Assembly (NCBI RefSeq): GCF_000143415.4
Contig: NW_003314283.1
Span: 1,850,330-1,914,329, forward strand
DNA from: Selaginella moellendorffii
Lineage: Eukaryota; Plantae; Lycopodiophyta
Reading direction: 5' to 3'
DNA length: 64,000 nt
A program made the position numbers and the translations under genes. Below are positions 20,301 to 34,012 of the stretch, piece after piece; position 1 is the stretch's first letter, and the number at the start of each line of letters is the position of its first letter. The notes beneath the pieces were generated by a model that searched no databases, was not told where the DNA came from, and saw nothing but the letters and a program-made list of their open reading frames with translations.

Positions 20301-23300
20301 CCATCCCCTCATGCCAAAGGTGTAGTCTGGGGCTTCGATCATTTTGTGCTCTTGCAAACATAGGATGTTGATGCCTCCTAAGCTGATCTCGCGGATGTGG
20401 GACTTGAGTTGCACCCTTTTGTTGAGTCAACTGCTGGTCCAGCTGAGTCCCCGACAGTTCCAAGTGACAGTCATAAGTGTTGTCATGGAGCCATGTACTT
20501 CCAATAAAATGAGGTGTTGTGGGGTCTTGCCCTCCATTCTGTGGAGATGGTCCACACCATAGTCATCTTCCCTCTATACTTTGTCCATGAGAAGCCTTGG
20601 ACAATGTATCTCGCAAAGCTTGTCCACTTCATGATGGCACTCTCCATGCATTTCTAGTAGTCGCCAATGGTGACAACCTCCGGGAAGGCTGTGTCCCGCA
20701 GCACATCAGCCAGTCTCCTACCTCTATGGAACTTAATTCCCACTTAGGTGGAATCCACCTGATTGCCATTCCTACTGTCTAAGGGAGGACCGGCTGGAAG
20801 CCATCCCCTTCAATGTCAATGATAGGTCCCTCAAACAGTTTGGGCTGCAAGGAAGAGCCCAAGAGTGGTGGGGGCGACCGGGAAGCGAATGTGTGGCATT
20901 TGGTCAGGAGGGCGTGCCTTCAAGATCTTCTCTTGCTTTTCTGGTAACTCAAACGGCTTCTGGGAGGCTAGCCTGTTCCACTTGACTGAGCAGGCCTCCT
21001 CCCGGTATCCAGTACTCTAACAAAAGTTACATCTAGGTTCCGAGTTCTCCATTTGGATCCTGATATACTAGCCCAGCACTACACTCTCTACCAGGATTTC
21101 AGCCGGGGCTGAGACAAAAACCTTGAGTTGGATGGGGCCAAGGACACCCTCTGCTTCTACAGTATCAAGACCAAGCACCATCTGGCTGATACTCCCTTCA
21201 ACCAGCTCCTGGATCACCATTGTGATCCGCATTTCATGGGAATGTCCCACAATGAAATGTTCACTGGAAAGCTCCCACGCTTGAGGCGTGCCTAGTCCTC
21301 GCTGTGAACCTCGGGATCCATGGGTGGAATGACACCACCCAATGCTCTTGTCAATGAGGCCATGCATGGCCTCCTTTTGAGACTGTGCCTCCTCTGTCTC
21401 AAAGACAACTGTGTAACAGCCCTTCCCATGTGGTAGCATCTTCTTCATGAGGATCCCCTGTCCCAACGTTGTATTGATCAAGTTGTTAGCCATGCAACCT
21501 ATTGGGAACTTCCCTCTGAAAATTGCAATCAATGCCTTCTTACGGAGTTCCTCTTCCTTCTCTACCACTGCTCTTTGCATAGCCTCAGCTAGCTTCACAG
21601 GAATAGCCTTTCCTCTCGTGTCAACATGGACCAAGTCACTTTCACCTTCTCCTGCTGCTGCCACCTTGGGCACTTCTGCATGTCCAAATGTTTCCCCGTT
21701 CATGTTATGGGAGGCGTTCTTCTTGTTGCCATCACTATTCCCGTCCGAGGAGTGTAGTGCTTCTGCCACCTTTCCCTGGCCCCAAGTCTTCCCTGCTCTT
21801 GACTAGGCCTTTGCCACTCACTCAGACGTGTCAACCTCTTGGCACTTGTTCTCTTGCATACCTGTACTCTTATCAGTGGGGGCCTACTCCTCCTCGAGAA
21901 AGGCTTCAACTGTGTTTGTCCAGGATAGGCCCTCCTTGACAAGTCTCAGAGTTTTAAGTTTCTGCCATGTTGCTCGCTTCACTTTCTTCTTCTTGCATTT
22001 GGTCTTCCTCTTGTTGAAGATATCCCATTCCTGGAATTGAAGTGTCCCATCTGACTTTTCATCCAATGAGTGCTCGGTCTCTGGCTTTGTTTCTGGCTCT
22101 CCAAGTCTCACATCCTTTGTTGGTGTTGGTGCAACATCCAACTTGCCATCTTGCTCTTGTGCCCATGCATCAAACAGATCCACTTGCTGTGTGACCACTA
22201 CCTTCGTGATTAATTCCTGTGCTTCTCACAGTGCAGGTCCCAACACAAGGTCTTCTCCCAAAGGATTCAGGTCCAACTCTCTAGTCATGGACAGTAGAGT
22301 TGATTGGAGTTCTTTGGTCGAGCGGAGACCTTTGGATCCTTCCCTCAAAGTGGCAAGGGTCCCAGACCAACATCTCGGCCTCGTCAAGTCTTGGAAATGG
22401 AGAGGGGAGCAACACCTTCTGCCCCTCATATAGCACTGTGGGAGAGTCTAGGTCTGATTTCCTCTCTTGTGGCTGGTGTGCAAGGTCCACCTAGCATGCT
22501 TCCTCTTGCCTTCTTGCATGTACTGGGTCAGGGATGGGCCCATCCTTGTCTACAGGAGTCTCTGGGTGATATGGGGGGTTCCCACCAGCTGATGGCATGA
22601 GCTTGATGCATTCCCATGAGTAGGGAGTGTGCCAGTTGCCCAGTCCTTCTGTGTCTTGAGGTCCTTCGTTAGAATTCCAAGAGCTGCTTAACATGCATCC
22701 CACAGAGAGACGTTCCCCATGTCTTCCATGTCATCCATTTGGTGAGTTAGCTGCATGACTTCCTAATAGATTCGTTGTGTTGGATCACGATGCACCTGTT
22801 CCATGAACCTCTCACTATTCCAAAAGACTATACCACCACCTGCAAGCTTCAGCAAGAACAAGTGTAGACAATCTGTGTTGTCTCCAACCTGTCTTGCATT
22901 AGTGTAGAGCCTCGCCACTAGGGGCTGTGAGCTGGATCTTGGCCTCACACTTGAGGAACGAGCTGGTGAAGATGGGAGTGAAGCCCTGGGCTTGTTCGTA
23001 AGGTCTGACAAGCATTTGTGGGCAAACTTCAATGTCCGGAGTGGTTGTTCCTTGCTCGGCCCTAGGGCCACAACTGAACGGTCAATCTCCTTGGAGATCT
23101 CCTGGCCTTGGTTGTGTCTTTGAGTGAGGGATTGTGAACTCACCTTCTAATGAGACCTTCATATTGATCCTGCAGGACAGAAGCGCATCCACACTCGGGC
23201 CCTGTTCCTCCCTGTTTTTGGTCGTTCTGAGTGGGGGAGACTTGAGTTCTCCTGTCCCATGCCCTAGCTCTGCTGCTGCTGCATGTGCTGCTGCTCTGGT

Positions 23301-23890
23301 GGTGACTCCTAACCTAATCCTGGTGCACCGCTGCTGCACTTCTATGAGACATCCATCCCTATGAATCCCCTCAACTACAAAAGTGCTTGGGATGATTCCC
23401 CACAAGCCTTCCTAACTTGTGACTGGCCTGAGACTCTCACAAAGCTCCTGCACTCCAGCCAGTGACCATGCTAGTGGGTGAGGGGAGGTAGCTTTGTCCT
23501 CTCCTCCACTCTCAATGGCCAATTCGCCTCTAGCATGGCTTACACTTCCAGCTTTTTCCAGGACCTGGCCATCTCCCAACCTAGAAACGTCCACCACTTC
23601 TATCTCATAGTTCTTATCCTGTTGGGCTGCTACTTTGTGCGGCTCACTTGCTGCCTTGCACAGCAGTGTTCTGGCCGTTGATATAGAGGGCCCTTTCCCA
23701 TCCTAGCTTACTGCTGTGCATGTTCCAGGACCCCAACCTTGTAACAGTCCTCCTTGTGGGAGCCAAATGCTGTGGCCCCTACCTCACACTCCACAACCTT
23801 GAGAGCTTAGATTGATGGGCGTGGATGTTATGACTCCCTTGCAGCTGTTCTCCATGCTGCTGACAAGAGAGTGAATACACAACAGAACCA
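17367..23890 (-). mobile_element. Degenerate L1-type LINE (long ORF1 region with CCHC knuckle remnants; ORF2 with APE endonuclease and partly deleted RT)
   Basis: ORF2 start MTTLMTVTWNCRGL (~20486), ILCLQEHK, INIYAP, VLGDFN, AFVDDTALFL, INWNKS, GGLGV; many stops and frameshifts. Confidence 0.88.
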
Positions 23891-23914
23891 AAAAAAGGAG
23901 TACAATGTTTTGCC

Positions 23915-24194
23915 TAGGTATAATAGTTCCACTAACATCATACCCAACCTTATGGATGAGTAGATCTGTAACACGTTTCTAGGGTACTGATTTTGAACTT
24001 CATCGGCGATGCAAGTCTTGCTTGAGCTCTATTGCCCACCAGATGGTGTTGTGATTGATTGCACAGTAGGTAGCGGTTCTATAGTGAAGGTAGCATGTGA
24101 CTCTAGTAGGTCGGTGTTTGCTTTTGAAGAACATCATTTCTTCAAACACTGTATTAAAGGATTTTGTGAGTTCCCTCCATCCTCAAGGAGGTAA
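23915..24194 (+). pseudogene. N4C/N6A DNA methyltransferase-like C-terminal exon (diverged paralog)
   Basis: AMQVLLELYCPPDGVVIDCTVGSGSIVKVACDSSRSVFAFE. Confidence 0.8.
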
Positions 24195-25927
24195 ATTATG
24201 TTAATTAAAATTTCAATATATGTTTAATTCTATTTTATAGATCACAGTCACCTAGAGTTTTTAGAATTGGAGGCTTTGAAAGTCTCCCCAACTATGCAAA
24301 AACTTTAGCTCAACATATGCAAAGTGAATCTTCCCCACAATACCAATATAGGAGGAAGGATAAAAGAAATCAATATGTTGATAATGAGGTAGAAGAAAAT
24401 TAATTGCATCCTTACATAAAATGAAAAACTTATTATATGTTAGATGTTTATGAAGGTGTCAAATATCAATGAAGGTGTCAAATGTCAGTGAAAGTGTCAG
24501 TGTCAGATATCATAATTGTAAATTATCATTCTCACATATCACCATCACTTTGTAGCACTTGTGTGTTGCCATCTCCTCCTTCAACATTTTATAAACAATT
24601 GTATGTGATATGATAACATCTTCTAAAACAAAGTATGTTACCTACAACTAATATCATTTTATTATATTTTTTCGTTTAAAAGTAACAATACTATAGTATA
24701 GTAAAGTAGTTCTAAATCTTACATTCCACTATAGGGTGGCCTAAAAACCCCATATTTTGCATTAGCTGATACAATGTTTCCCAAGGGGATGTTATTTCCC
24801 ACAATGAAGTGATAGTAGGTATGTGTTTGTAACTCATTCTTGAATTTATTGTACATCCACATGTGCATATTTTTCAGACCCACCATTAGGCAATTGCTAC
24901 AGTGCTCAAGAAAAATTTATAAACTTATAGAGCCATTTGTCTTATCCAAGAAAAAGTAGCATATTGAACACCGAATGTAATAACATTCTGTGCTTTTAAG
25001 TAGTCCTGCCATATCAGAAGCAAGATCTTGCAAAAATATGTGACATTACTCTTGAAACACTAGAGGCAATCCCTCTCTAGTAGAAAAATCCAGAATTTTA
25101 TATATAGGGAGCTCTAATTTAGCTTTACTAGAGCCCTCAGCAAAAAAAAGATTGTTATGTGGAGGTGAAGGTAGAATGTTGGTAGAACTTAGGGATGGAG
25201 ATTGATATGAAATGCTAGGGGGCCAAGTACAAATAACAATGACTTTCCTTCGAGCTATTTCAAAACAAAATTCCAAGGAGCTCAAGGAAAACAAAAAAAC
25301 TATGATGATTATAAATTTTCTAGATAGTTTATATACCAAGTTTTAGTCTTGGGAATGAGGTTTATTTATTATGACACTGACAATACTTAGATTCTTTAAA
25401 TGTTAGTCTTGGAAATGGGGCTTCATAATCATAGCTTGCTTGTAAATATAAGAGAGTCTAAAATTTTAGATTATCATGTATACACATGCTCTATCATTAT
25501 GATGAAATCCTACTTTGCTACATATATATTCTTTTCTACACATGTCAAATGTCTAGAGAAATAGACTGCAAGGAAATATAGACTATATTATAGTGGCAGA
25601 GCACGTTAGCATGTTACCATTCTCTCATGTGAGATTGCCTTTCAGTCTTGGAAATGTAGATAAAGTTGATTCTTTGATATGATATTACTTTTGAGTCTTT
25701 TGAAAGATTTCGATTTCTTTTATTATTATTCACAAACAACTCCCAAAAACTTTTAATGAGGATTCACTACAAAAATAGACCTTAGTCTTATCATATGAGA
25801 GGATTGCGATATAGGTAGGAAACAGAGTTTTTGATATGAATTAATATGTAAATTACAAATGTCATGGAAAGTTTAATGAAGTAGATTTCTTGGTGCTTTT
25901 TACCGTGTTATTCATTTCTTCATTTCT

Positions 25928-26160
25928 TTAACTTTGGACTATTGTTTCAGAAGTAACAAAAGCATTTTTATCAATCGTAATAGTGGTCTCCACATTCCTA
26001 AATAGGTAATAAGTACCAGGAGTGTAATATAGAGATTGTGGTAGTGAAACAAAATTAACATTTTCACATTCCTTTGCATTACAACTTTTACTCATAGATC
26101 TTGTATTTTCCTTGCTTCCCATCTTCTCAAGAGCCCTAAAAAATCTTCTGAATAAAGGAA
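25928..26160 (-). pseudogene. Small cargo ORF homologous to 4389-4661
   Basis: SLPQSLYYTPG...VTSETIVQS shared motif. Confidence 0.5.
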
Positions 26161-26421
26161 TAGTATCTACAACTATAAAAGTATTCAAAATATTAGCTGT
26201 AACAGTAGTTATAATTAAATAATATAGCTTTACAAAAGATAGGTTCTCATGAATTTTGTATTTTTTAAACAATTCAACCTTATAGAAACTTTTAACTCAG
26301 ATATTTATATATTTAAATATTTTAAAGTTTGCTAGAACCTTCATTGTTGACTTTTAGTTGACTGTGTTGATTTGAGTTGACTTGTGTTGAATTGAGCTCA
26401 ACTCAACTTTAGACCATCCCC

Positions 26422-28644
26422 ATGGGAGCTTGTTTATTGGCCAAGTGATTTCAAATAGTCAACGCACTTTCATCTTCAAGATGTCAACTCTAGTGTGGAC
26501 CTTATATAATAAATGGATATAGATGGAGGTGGGGACTTAGATAATTCCTAGATCTATTTTGACCATATGAAATGAGTTTTAGGCTGGTCAACTATGAGAG
26601 CATGTTTATGATCACAAATAAGTGGTTTTTCATTTTATAAAGATTCCATACTATTTTACATTCTACCTATTCCTTCTATAGGTTGTAGTGCAATCTGACT
26701 ATAGCTATAGCTGAATTCAAGTTCCAGGATTTCCAAGTTCAAATTATCTTTTGGACATGTATGTCTGAGGTTTTTGAACAACGAACTAGGAAGAAACCCA
26801 ACTTCCATGGTTTTATGGCAGATGCTATGGTGCTAATTGGTTGACTATGCGGCAAGTGTTTGGAGGTGATAAAAGTCAACTGTTATAAGGTAGAGAGAAG
26901 AGTTATAAGTTTCATTAGGCAAGGAGTATCAACAAATATTGCTAATGCAACAAATTTGACTTCCATCATAAGTTCAAGTAACTTTATCAAGAATGGATGG
27001 ATGCACCAACTAAAGAAGAGCATGAGGCAAAGGCAAATAAGATGTGCATATAGTGGTGTGAAGGAGATAAAGTGCCAATTGAACACCTTCCATAGATGGA
27101 ATGTTAGCTTGTATGGTGAGAAGTTTGAATGTTTCAATAGGGCCATTATATTCTCCATGTAAGCTTTCTCCCATTTCTTTTGTTGCCACATTCAAATGTT
27201 GCATTTTTCCTAGGATCAACCACTTGATGACATTGAACATACACTAACAATTAATCTTTTTAAGAGTAAACATTGGAGTTGGAAAGCTTCTGAAGCAAAG
27301 AAAGGAAAAGTGTCCCTCTATGAAGTTATGCTCTCCAACCTCACTAAATCTCTTGAGCAGTCATCAAAAGCTTTGGCTACATAGGAAGCGAGGTTTGTTA
27401 GTACAAGTCCAAATTTAGATAGGCTTCAAGAGTGGGTTGATAGAAAGATAACACTAGTAGTAGGGTTAATATCTAAGATAGTGGAGGAAGTTGTTGTTGG
27501 AACTCCTATAGAATTAAGTTATAAACCACTTGGGGTCATGAGGACAGCCTGTATGAAGTGTCTACAGATATTTGATAGGCATAACATCACTCCTTCCAAC
27601 TCTCATTGCCTAGAGTTTGACTACCATTCTGTTCTATGACACTGGAAAAGAACTAAGGAATATAGAGTGGAGGAGGTGTCAGTTGTTACACAAGTAAATC
27701 TAGTGCCAAAGGTTAAGAAGGTTATTAATAGCTCGTGAACTAGTTTTTTGTATCAACTGGGCAATTCAAAGAGTCAGTACCAAGAGCAATGCACGTTGCT
27801 CCAGAATGATTGGGAGTTGAGGTCAGTGTCTTGCATGTATACGTTTAGATTCAAGTTCTTCAGCAGTGCCATGTTTCTAAAGCTGTCAAGATCTAGGGGT
27901 AAAGGGCTGCTAATCAAGCTAGAGTTACTATTGTGGAATTGATGTTACTCATACAAGCCAAATCCACAACTCAATTATTTTGAAGCCAGATTCTATGCTA
28001 GAAGAGTGGCTAGTTGAGCAAAGCTGCAATCTTTTGAAAGAAGAGATTGAAAGTTTGGAGTAAGCAAGTTTCAAGCTAAAGACTTCCTTAAATGTTACCA
28101 ATGTCAATACTAAACTGGCCTACATGACCAACTAGAAATAGAAAAGCTGTATAATATAAGTCTTCCATTTCAAAAAGGTGCACAAGAGAAGATCAAGTTA
28201 GCAAAAGAGTTGAAGTGCACAATCACAAAGATAAACTACATTAGTACCATAGCTAAGGAGTTTGTTGTTGTGATTGAGTCATCAAAAGGTACGAACTACA
28301 TTGTTAGAATCTACAAAAATCCATCTTATATCTACCTAGATTTTACATATAGGGAGAATAAGGGAAAGGTATATTTAGCCTACAAACACATTTGTTACAT
28401 TTTTATGTAGAAACTAAACCAAGATCCTCCACCAGGTAAGCCTTACAATTGCAGATCTTGAGAAGTGTTTTTAGATTGCTTTTAGTGTTCAGATCTATAT
28501 TTATATTTGTATTTTATTGGTCTAATTTATAGATTAAATCAAAATGTGAAAGATGAAAAAATGTTGGTTCAAGTTGAACCAATGTTTTTCTTGTGTTTGA
28601 GAAGTCATGAGCTCAGCTCATGAGCTTAAAACCTACCCGAACTC
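26422..28644 (+). mobile_element. Degenerate MULE transposase 3' portion with C-terminal SWIM finger and element terminus
   Basis: Stop-riddled frame PNFHGFMADA...VFGGDKSQLL.GREKS.KFH; SWIM remnant Y.V.I..NPS...DF.....KHICYI (28210-28410); end GAGCTCAGCTCA..AAAACCTACCCG. Confidence 0.7.
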
Positions 28645-28773
28645 ATTTGAATTGGCATAAAGTGTCTAATATGCACTAGATGCTAATTTCTCACAAAGAA
28701 AAGAGAAATTTAGCCAGAAAGAGGGGAAAAACACAAAGAATGTTGTGAAAATCACTTAGTAGGATGTGGATAT

Positions 28774-30403
28774 TGTAAGACACAAAATCCCTAGGCCCTA
28801 AAGTGGAGCCGGAAGGGCGCCATGTGGTAGTGGCCGAAGCGAAAGCCAAACAAATGTAACACGTTTGGACTAAAAAGCTTTGACTTGAAAGGTCAAAAGC
28901 AAGAGTGGAACTCTCAACAAAGTGCTTGAAGAAAGAGCATGAAATAAGTGAGGCTCTAAAAAGGGACCCAAAAAGACCGAGACGGAGTCCAAGATGGAGT
29001 TCGAGACGGAGTCTAAGATGGAGTCCGAGATGGAGTCCAAGATGGAGTCCGAGATGGACTGAGACGGAGTCCGAGATGGACTGAGACGGAGTCCGAGATG
29101 GAGTCCGAGATGGACCGAGACGGAGTCCGAGATGGACCCGAGATGGAGTCCGAGATGGACCCGAGATGGAGTCCGAGTTGGACCCAAGATGGAGTCCGAG
29201 ATGGACCCGAGATGGAGTCCGAGATGGAGTCCAAGATGGACCCGAGATGGAATCCAAGATGGAGTCCAAGAAGGACCCGAGATGGAGTCTGAGGTCGAGA
29301 CCGAGACCGGGACCGAGACCGAAATCGGGACCGAGACCAAGACCGAGGCCGAGGCCGAGTCCGAGCCTGAGCCCAAGTCCGAATCCGAGTCCAAGTCCCA
29401 GTCCCAGTTCGAGTCCAAGTCCAAGTCCGAGTCCTAGTCCGAGTTTGAGTTCGAGTCTGAGAGGGTGAAAGCCCAAAGCATTCGTCTCCCAAACCCTGGG
29501 GGGTTTGGTGAATTCCAAAAGTATAGTGAGGGGGAGGACTGTAGTGGAGCCAGTTTGGCCAGGAAAGGCCAGTATGGCCCAGGAAGGCTGTACCCAGTGT
29601 TGGGTGATGAGCTGCCCACTGGGAAGTCCAAGACTAGAGTGAATACAGACCGACAAGCGGGGTAGTTTGGTGAAGTGTTCAAGAGCCGGCTCTAGTTCCC
29701 TCAGGAGATCGATTGGATCTCAACGGAACCTCGCTCTAAGCCCATGGCTAGAGCACCTAAAGGCGGAAGGCGGGGAGAGTACCCATGAGGCCCACGTAGG
29801 GCCACAGTGTTCCGAAATGTTGTCCCAAAGTCCCAGACTGTGGAAAGGAAGAGGAGTGGCCCTCTAGTGTTGTGACCAAGGACACAGTCACACAATGAGG
29901 AAGTCCTAGAGGACAGTGGGACTTAGTGGTTGGTCCCATAGGCCTTGGTCCAGTGGCAGTGTTGGCAAACTCAGCCAAGGATAAAAAGGGACTTGGTGGG
30001 GACTGGAACGGAGATATTGGGGAAGGTTATTCCCCATGTTTGCAAGCATCCTAAGGATGGTAAAGAGTGGATTTGGGACGACCACTCATGGACGAATAGC
30101 CCAGTCTTGGAGAGATGGGATTGCAATGCAGGTGGTGTTAGACCACCGATGTGACCAAGGTGAATGAGCATGGCCTAGCGTAACAGGCTCATATGTCAGT
30201 GGTACTTTGGGGTGTCAGTCATGGGATCGGACACGTGGAGCACTTGGACCAAGTGCAAAGGTTGAGTGGCATGGATGCCATTCTCGGGGCTAGCAAGCCC
30301 CAAGTCCTGAATGGGACTTATAAAGGTTGTGAATGAGACTCCTTCAAGTGGTCGGAGGTGTGGTTAAGTGACTAAAGTAGAATGGAAAAATTAGTCGTTT
30401 ACA
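28774..30403 (+). mobile_element. Solo LTR (1,630 bp), same family as 1249-3138
   Basis: TG...CA termini; 5-bp TSD GATAT at 28769-28773 and 30404-30408. Confidence 0.93.
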
Positions 30404-31319
30404 GATATAAAATGCCACTTAAAAATGATGTAGAAAAGAAAAGAAATCAAGCTCCAATACTCATAACTAATCAAGGGGAATATGTTTCCATAGAAATCTC
30501 TTGACTTTACACACGAAATTGAGTATGGATAGATTCATTGGAAAGCCTAGGCTTAAACCAAGAGAATGACTAAAATCATGAGTTAAAATTACCAAAAGCT
30601 CAAAAACAAATTAACTCAAACATCAAATTTTTAATAAAAAGAAGAACAAAACAAATGCACTCCTTAGTATAAGAAATATTCATATTTTCTATGTTGGTCT
30701 TGGCATTGGGATACTTGATACTATAAGACTATTCCAATGTCACTTCATGCTCCTTCCCCTTCACTCCTTAGGCTGTATGATAGAGAGTTATTCCATGCTC
30801 TAGTTTCTTATGCTCTTTAGTTATATATTTAGGAGTTTGGCTCCATACCTTTATTCAATGGCTTAAGGCCTTAAACTTGGGTTCCAACCTTGGCCCACAT
30901 GTCTAAGGGTTAAGGTTCCACTCCAAGGTTAACTTATGGTAAATCACATAGGGTAAAGGGTGAAAACCATATTTGTTACACTTATGCTCTAGATTTATAG
31001 AAGTAAAGACCTTTATGAATATGAATTTAGCCTAAACTCTTCATTCTTTAAAGAAAGCTAAGCTAGCTCATTATGTCAGGTTCACCAACTATTGGGGCAT
31101 CTCTCAACCCTACCCATGGATCCATCCTTTACGAACATGCTCACAAACTCATAGTTCTGAGCTCAAGTGCAAGAACAATATAGGGTGGAACCCTATACTC
31201 AATCCTCTTATGTACAAGGATGAGGGAATATTCCAAGAACATATAATATTTTCTATGCTTTATTAAGCCAGAATTTAAACCATGATATGAGGAGAATGTG
31301 GCAATGAGCTAGTGCCGCA

Positions 31320-33151
31320 AAAACTCCTATATTTGCTCTCGGAGAGATTAATTGTTAGTGTAATATCAAGTGTTAATTTTTTTTTCAGTCTTATAATTGC
31401 CCTAGACAAATCTCAAGTATGGAATGTACCTTGAATTTTGGTCATAGAATGGCCCCATTGAAGCATTTAAACTTCCCACCATGTAAGTTAACACTCCATT
31501 TGTGGAAAGTGTTTTATTAGCACTTTGTCTCCTTCATGCTATCATAAGCACATCTCATTTGCCTGTCCCTCATAGTCCTCTTATTTGGTGTGCCCATCCA
31601 CTTTCGACAAAGCCACTTGAACTCATTATGAAAGTCACATTTAATGCAATAACAATGTTCGTTAACACTCTTTGCCCAATGAAACTCACAACTCTTCTCT
31701 CTACCTTATAATGGCTAATGTTTATCACCTCCAAAAAATTGTCATATACCCAACCAATTACCACCATTAGTATTTGCCAGATTCTTAACCTTGAATTTGG
31801 CTATAGCTATGGCCAAGTTGTATAGCAATCTATAGAAGGAATGGGTATAGTGGAAATTGGTATGAATTCCTAAAAAATGAAAAGCCACTTCCTTGTGATC
31901 ATAAACATAGGCTCCTATAATTGACCAGCTTAAAACTCGTTTCATGTGGTCAAAATGGATCTAGGGATTAGCTAAATCCCCATCTCCATCCATATCCATT
32001 TAACATATAAGATTCATACTAAAGGTAGGACCAAGAATCAACATCTTGAAAATGAAAGTGCATTGACTATTTGAAATCACTTGGCCAACAAATAAGTTTC
32101 CATAAATAAATTCATAGAGACATTTTCTCTTCACTTCCAAAATTACATCCAATCTAGATTGAAACTTCCGATTTCACCATTCTTGCATCCAGTTCTTTAT
32201 TCAACTAAAGAAAGAGTATTATTAGAGATGAAGTAGAGTTAAATATTAATCTTTTATCTATGTAAATTTATAATATATTTATGGGTTTTATATTTCAAAG
32301 CAGGTCCTTCAAGCTCACTTTGAAGTTGTGGCACTTTTCTTTTTAACCTCTACAACAACAATAGCTTTCAAATTGTGAAAAGAATCATGGCAAATTCCAT
32401 TCTTTATTGTGTGTTGGTGGTGTCTAATATGCATTGCTGCTCTATCTAAATAGCCATCCCACAACAAAAAGTAGTGCATCCTTGCATCAAAACATGCTCG
32501 ACACATAGATATCACCTTGCATTTGAAATATTTAAACCCTATAGCAACCTTGTCATGCCTAGAGGGATTGATCATTGAGCCTTCAAAGAAATATATATTC
32601 CTAGTCATTTAATGCTTTAAATATTAAGATATTAATATATGCATAATTGATTGTAAGAAAAATAATACTACTGAGATGAATGGGGTTATGAGCAAAAGGC
32701 ACTAACCAATTATAACAGTTGTAACACTAATAGCTTGTTCTCCCTCTCATCTCCATGTTGTTTCCCTAAGAGAGAGTTTCATTCTTTTGTAAGAAGTGAG
32801 AGTCAAGCTTAGAGAAGTTAGTTCACACATAAAACCAATTAGATATAGCTTCTTAGACAAAGAGGTGTGTTGCTTTTGGACTAGTTTTTGAAATGGTGGA
32901 TAAGGCATTTCAGAAATCTCAATCATTACAGATGGAATTGAAGGAAATTGAGTACATAAGAGATGAGGAACTTCTGTCTTCTTACAATGGGAATATATAT
33001 TCTTCAAATTTTCACTATGTCCTTGTAAAGAACACATTAAATCTTTGTTCATAGAAGATTTATCCAATAAATATATCCTACCATTTATAAAATTAAAGTC
33101 ACTAGAATCTAGGAAGCAATTGCCATCAAAGAAAATAAAAATTGTGACCAT
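31320..33151 (-). pseudogene. Degenerate MULE transposase with GCM/WRKY-like Zn region
   Basis: 31320-32100 is an inverted homolog of 26422-27260; upstream C..C...C.ARMHY...DRAAMH..H.H remnant at 32315-32608. Confidence 0.65.
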
Positions 33152-34012
33152 TCATTGTGACTATTGATTGTGTTAGGCACCAAGTCAAAATAATAGGATA
33201 AAGAAAGGGCCCTACAATGAAGTGATCACCCCTTTAGTTAATTAGCTTAGGGTGTAAGGGATAGGGGATAGGATCCTAACATTGGTATCGGAGCCTAATT
33301 CGATTCTCGTGGCTGATGAGTGGGGCAAAAATATTCTGAAGGAATATTCAACATGGTGGATCTAGAGAGAGAACCAAAGTTTAGTAGACTCTAAAAGAAG
33401 AAATACCTAAGTATGTGTTAGGATCCTATCCCTTACACCCTAAGCCAATTGACTAAAGGGGTGATCACTTGATTGCAGGGCCCTTTCTTTATCCTATTAT
33501 CCTGACCTGGTGCCTAACAATCCTCCCCCTCGTCAGGAAATGATCGTCCGCGATCATACTTAGGCCACCATCCGGTCACCATGGTCCTTCTCTTAGGGTC
33601 TACCAAACCTTGGTTCTCCCTCTAGATTCACCATGTTGAATATTCCTTCAAAATATTCCTGCCCCACTCGTTAGCCACAAGAATCGAATTGGGCTCCGAT
33701 ACCAATGTTATGATCCGGCGCAAAAAGACAAAGATCTAGTTGCCCTAGACTATGTTACGCCACCTCTTGAGGTTCCTCACCACCCAACCACCCCCGAGCT
33801 ACCTCAAAAGCTCCACTGCACCGCCGCTCCATTGTGAGCCCTAGGGTAGGTTAAGTCCCTTACCCTAACATGCCTTAATATACCCTTGAGCCTCCCTTTG
33901 ACCGATGTTGACCATGTAGTCAAAGCTGGCACCTAACAATTCTTCCCCCCCAACAAAGTCCTTGTCCCAAGGACGAGTTGTACCGGTGATCACCCTTTCT
34001 GGGGAATCCTGC

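Larger units (their letters stand above)
23900..26421. mobile_element. Right part of a second MTase-carrying MULE-like element
   Basis: MTase remnant at 23915-24194; terminus GAGCTCAACTCAAC...CATCCCC with TTGAC subterminal repeats. Confidence 0.6.
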
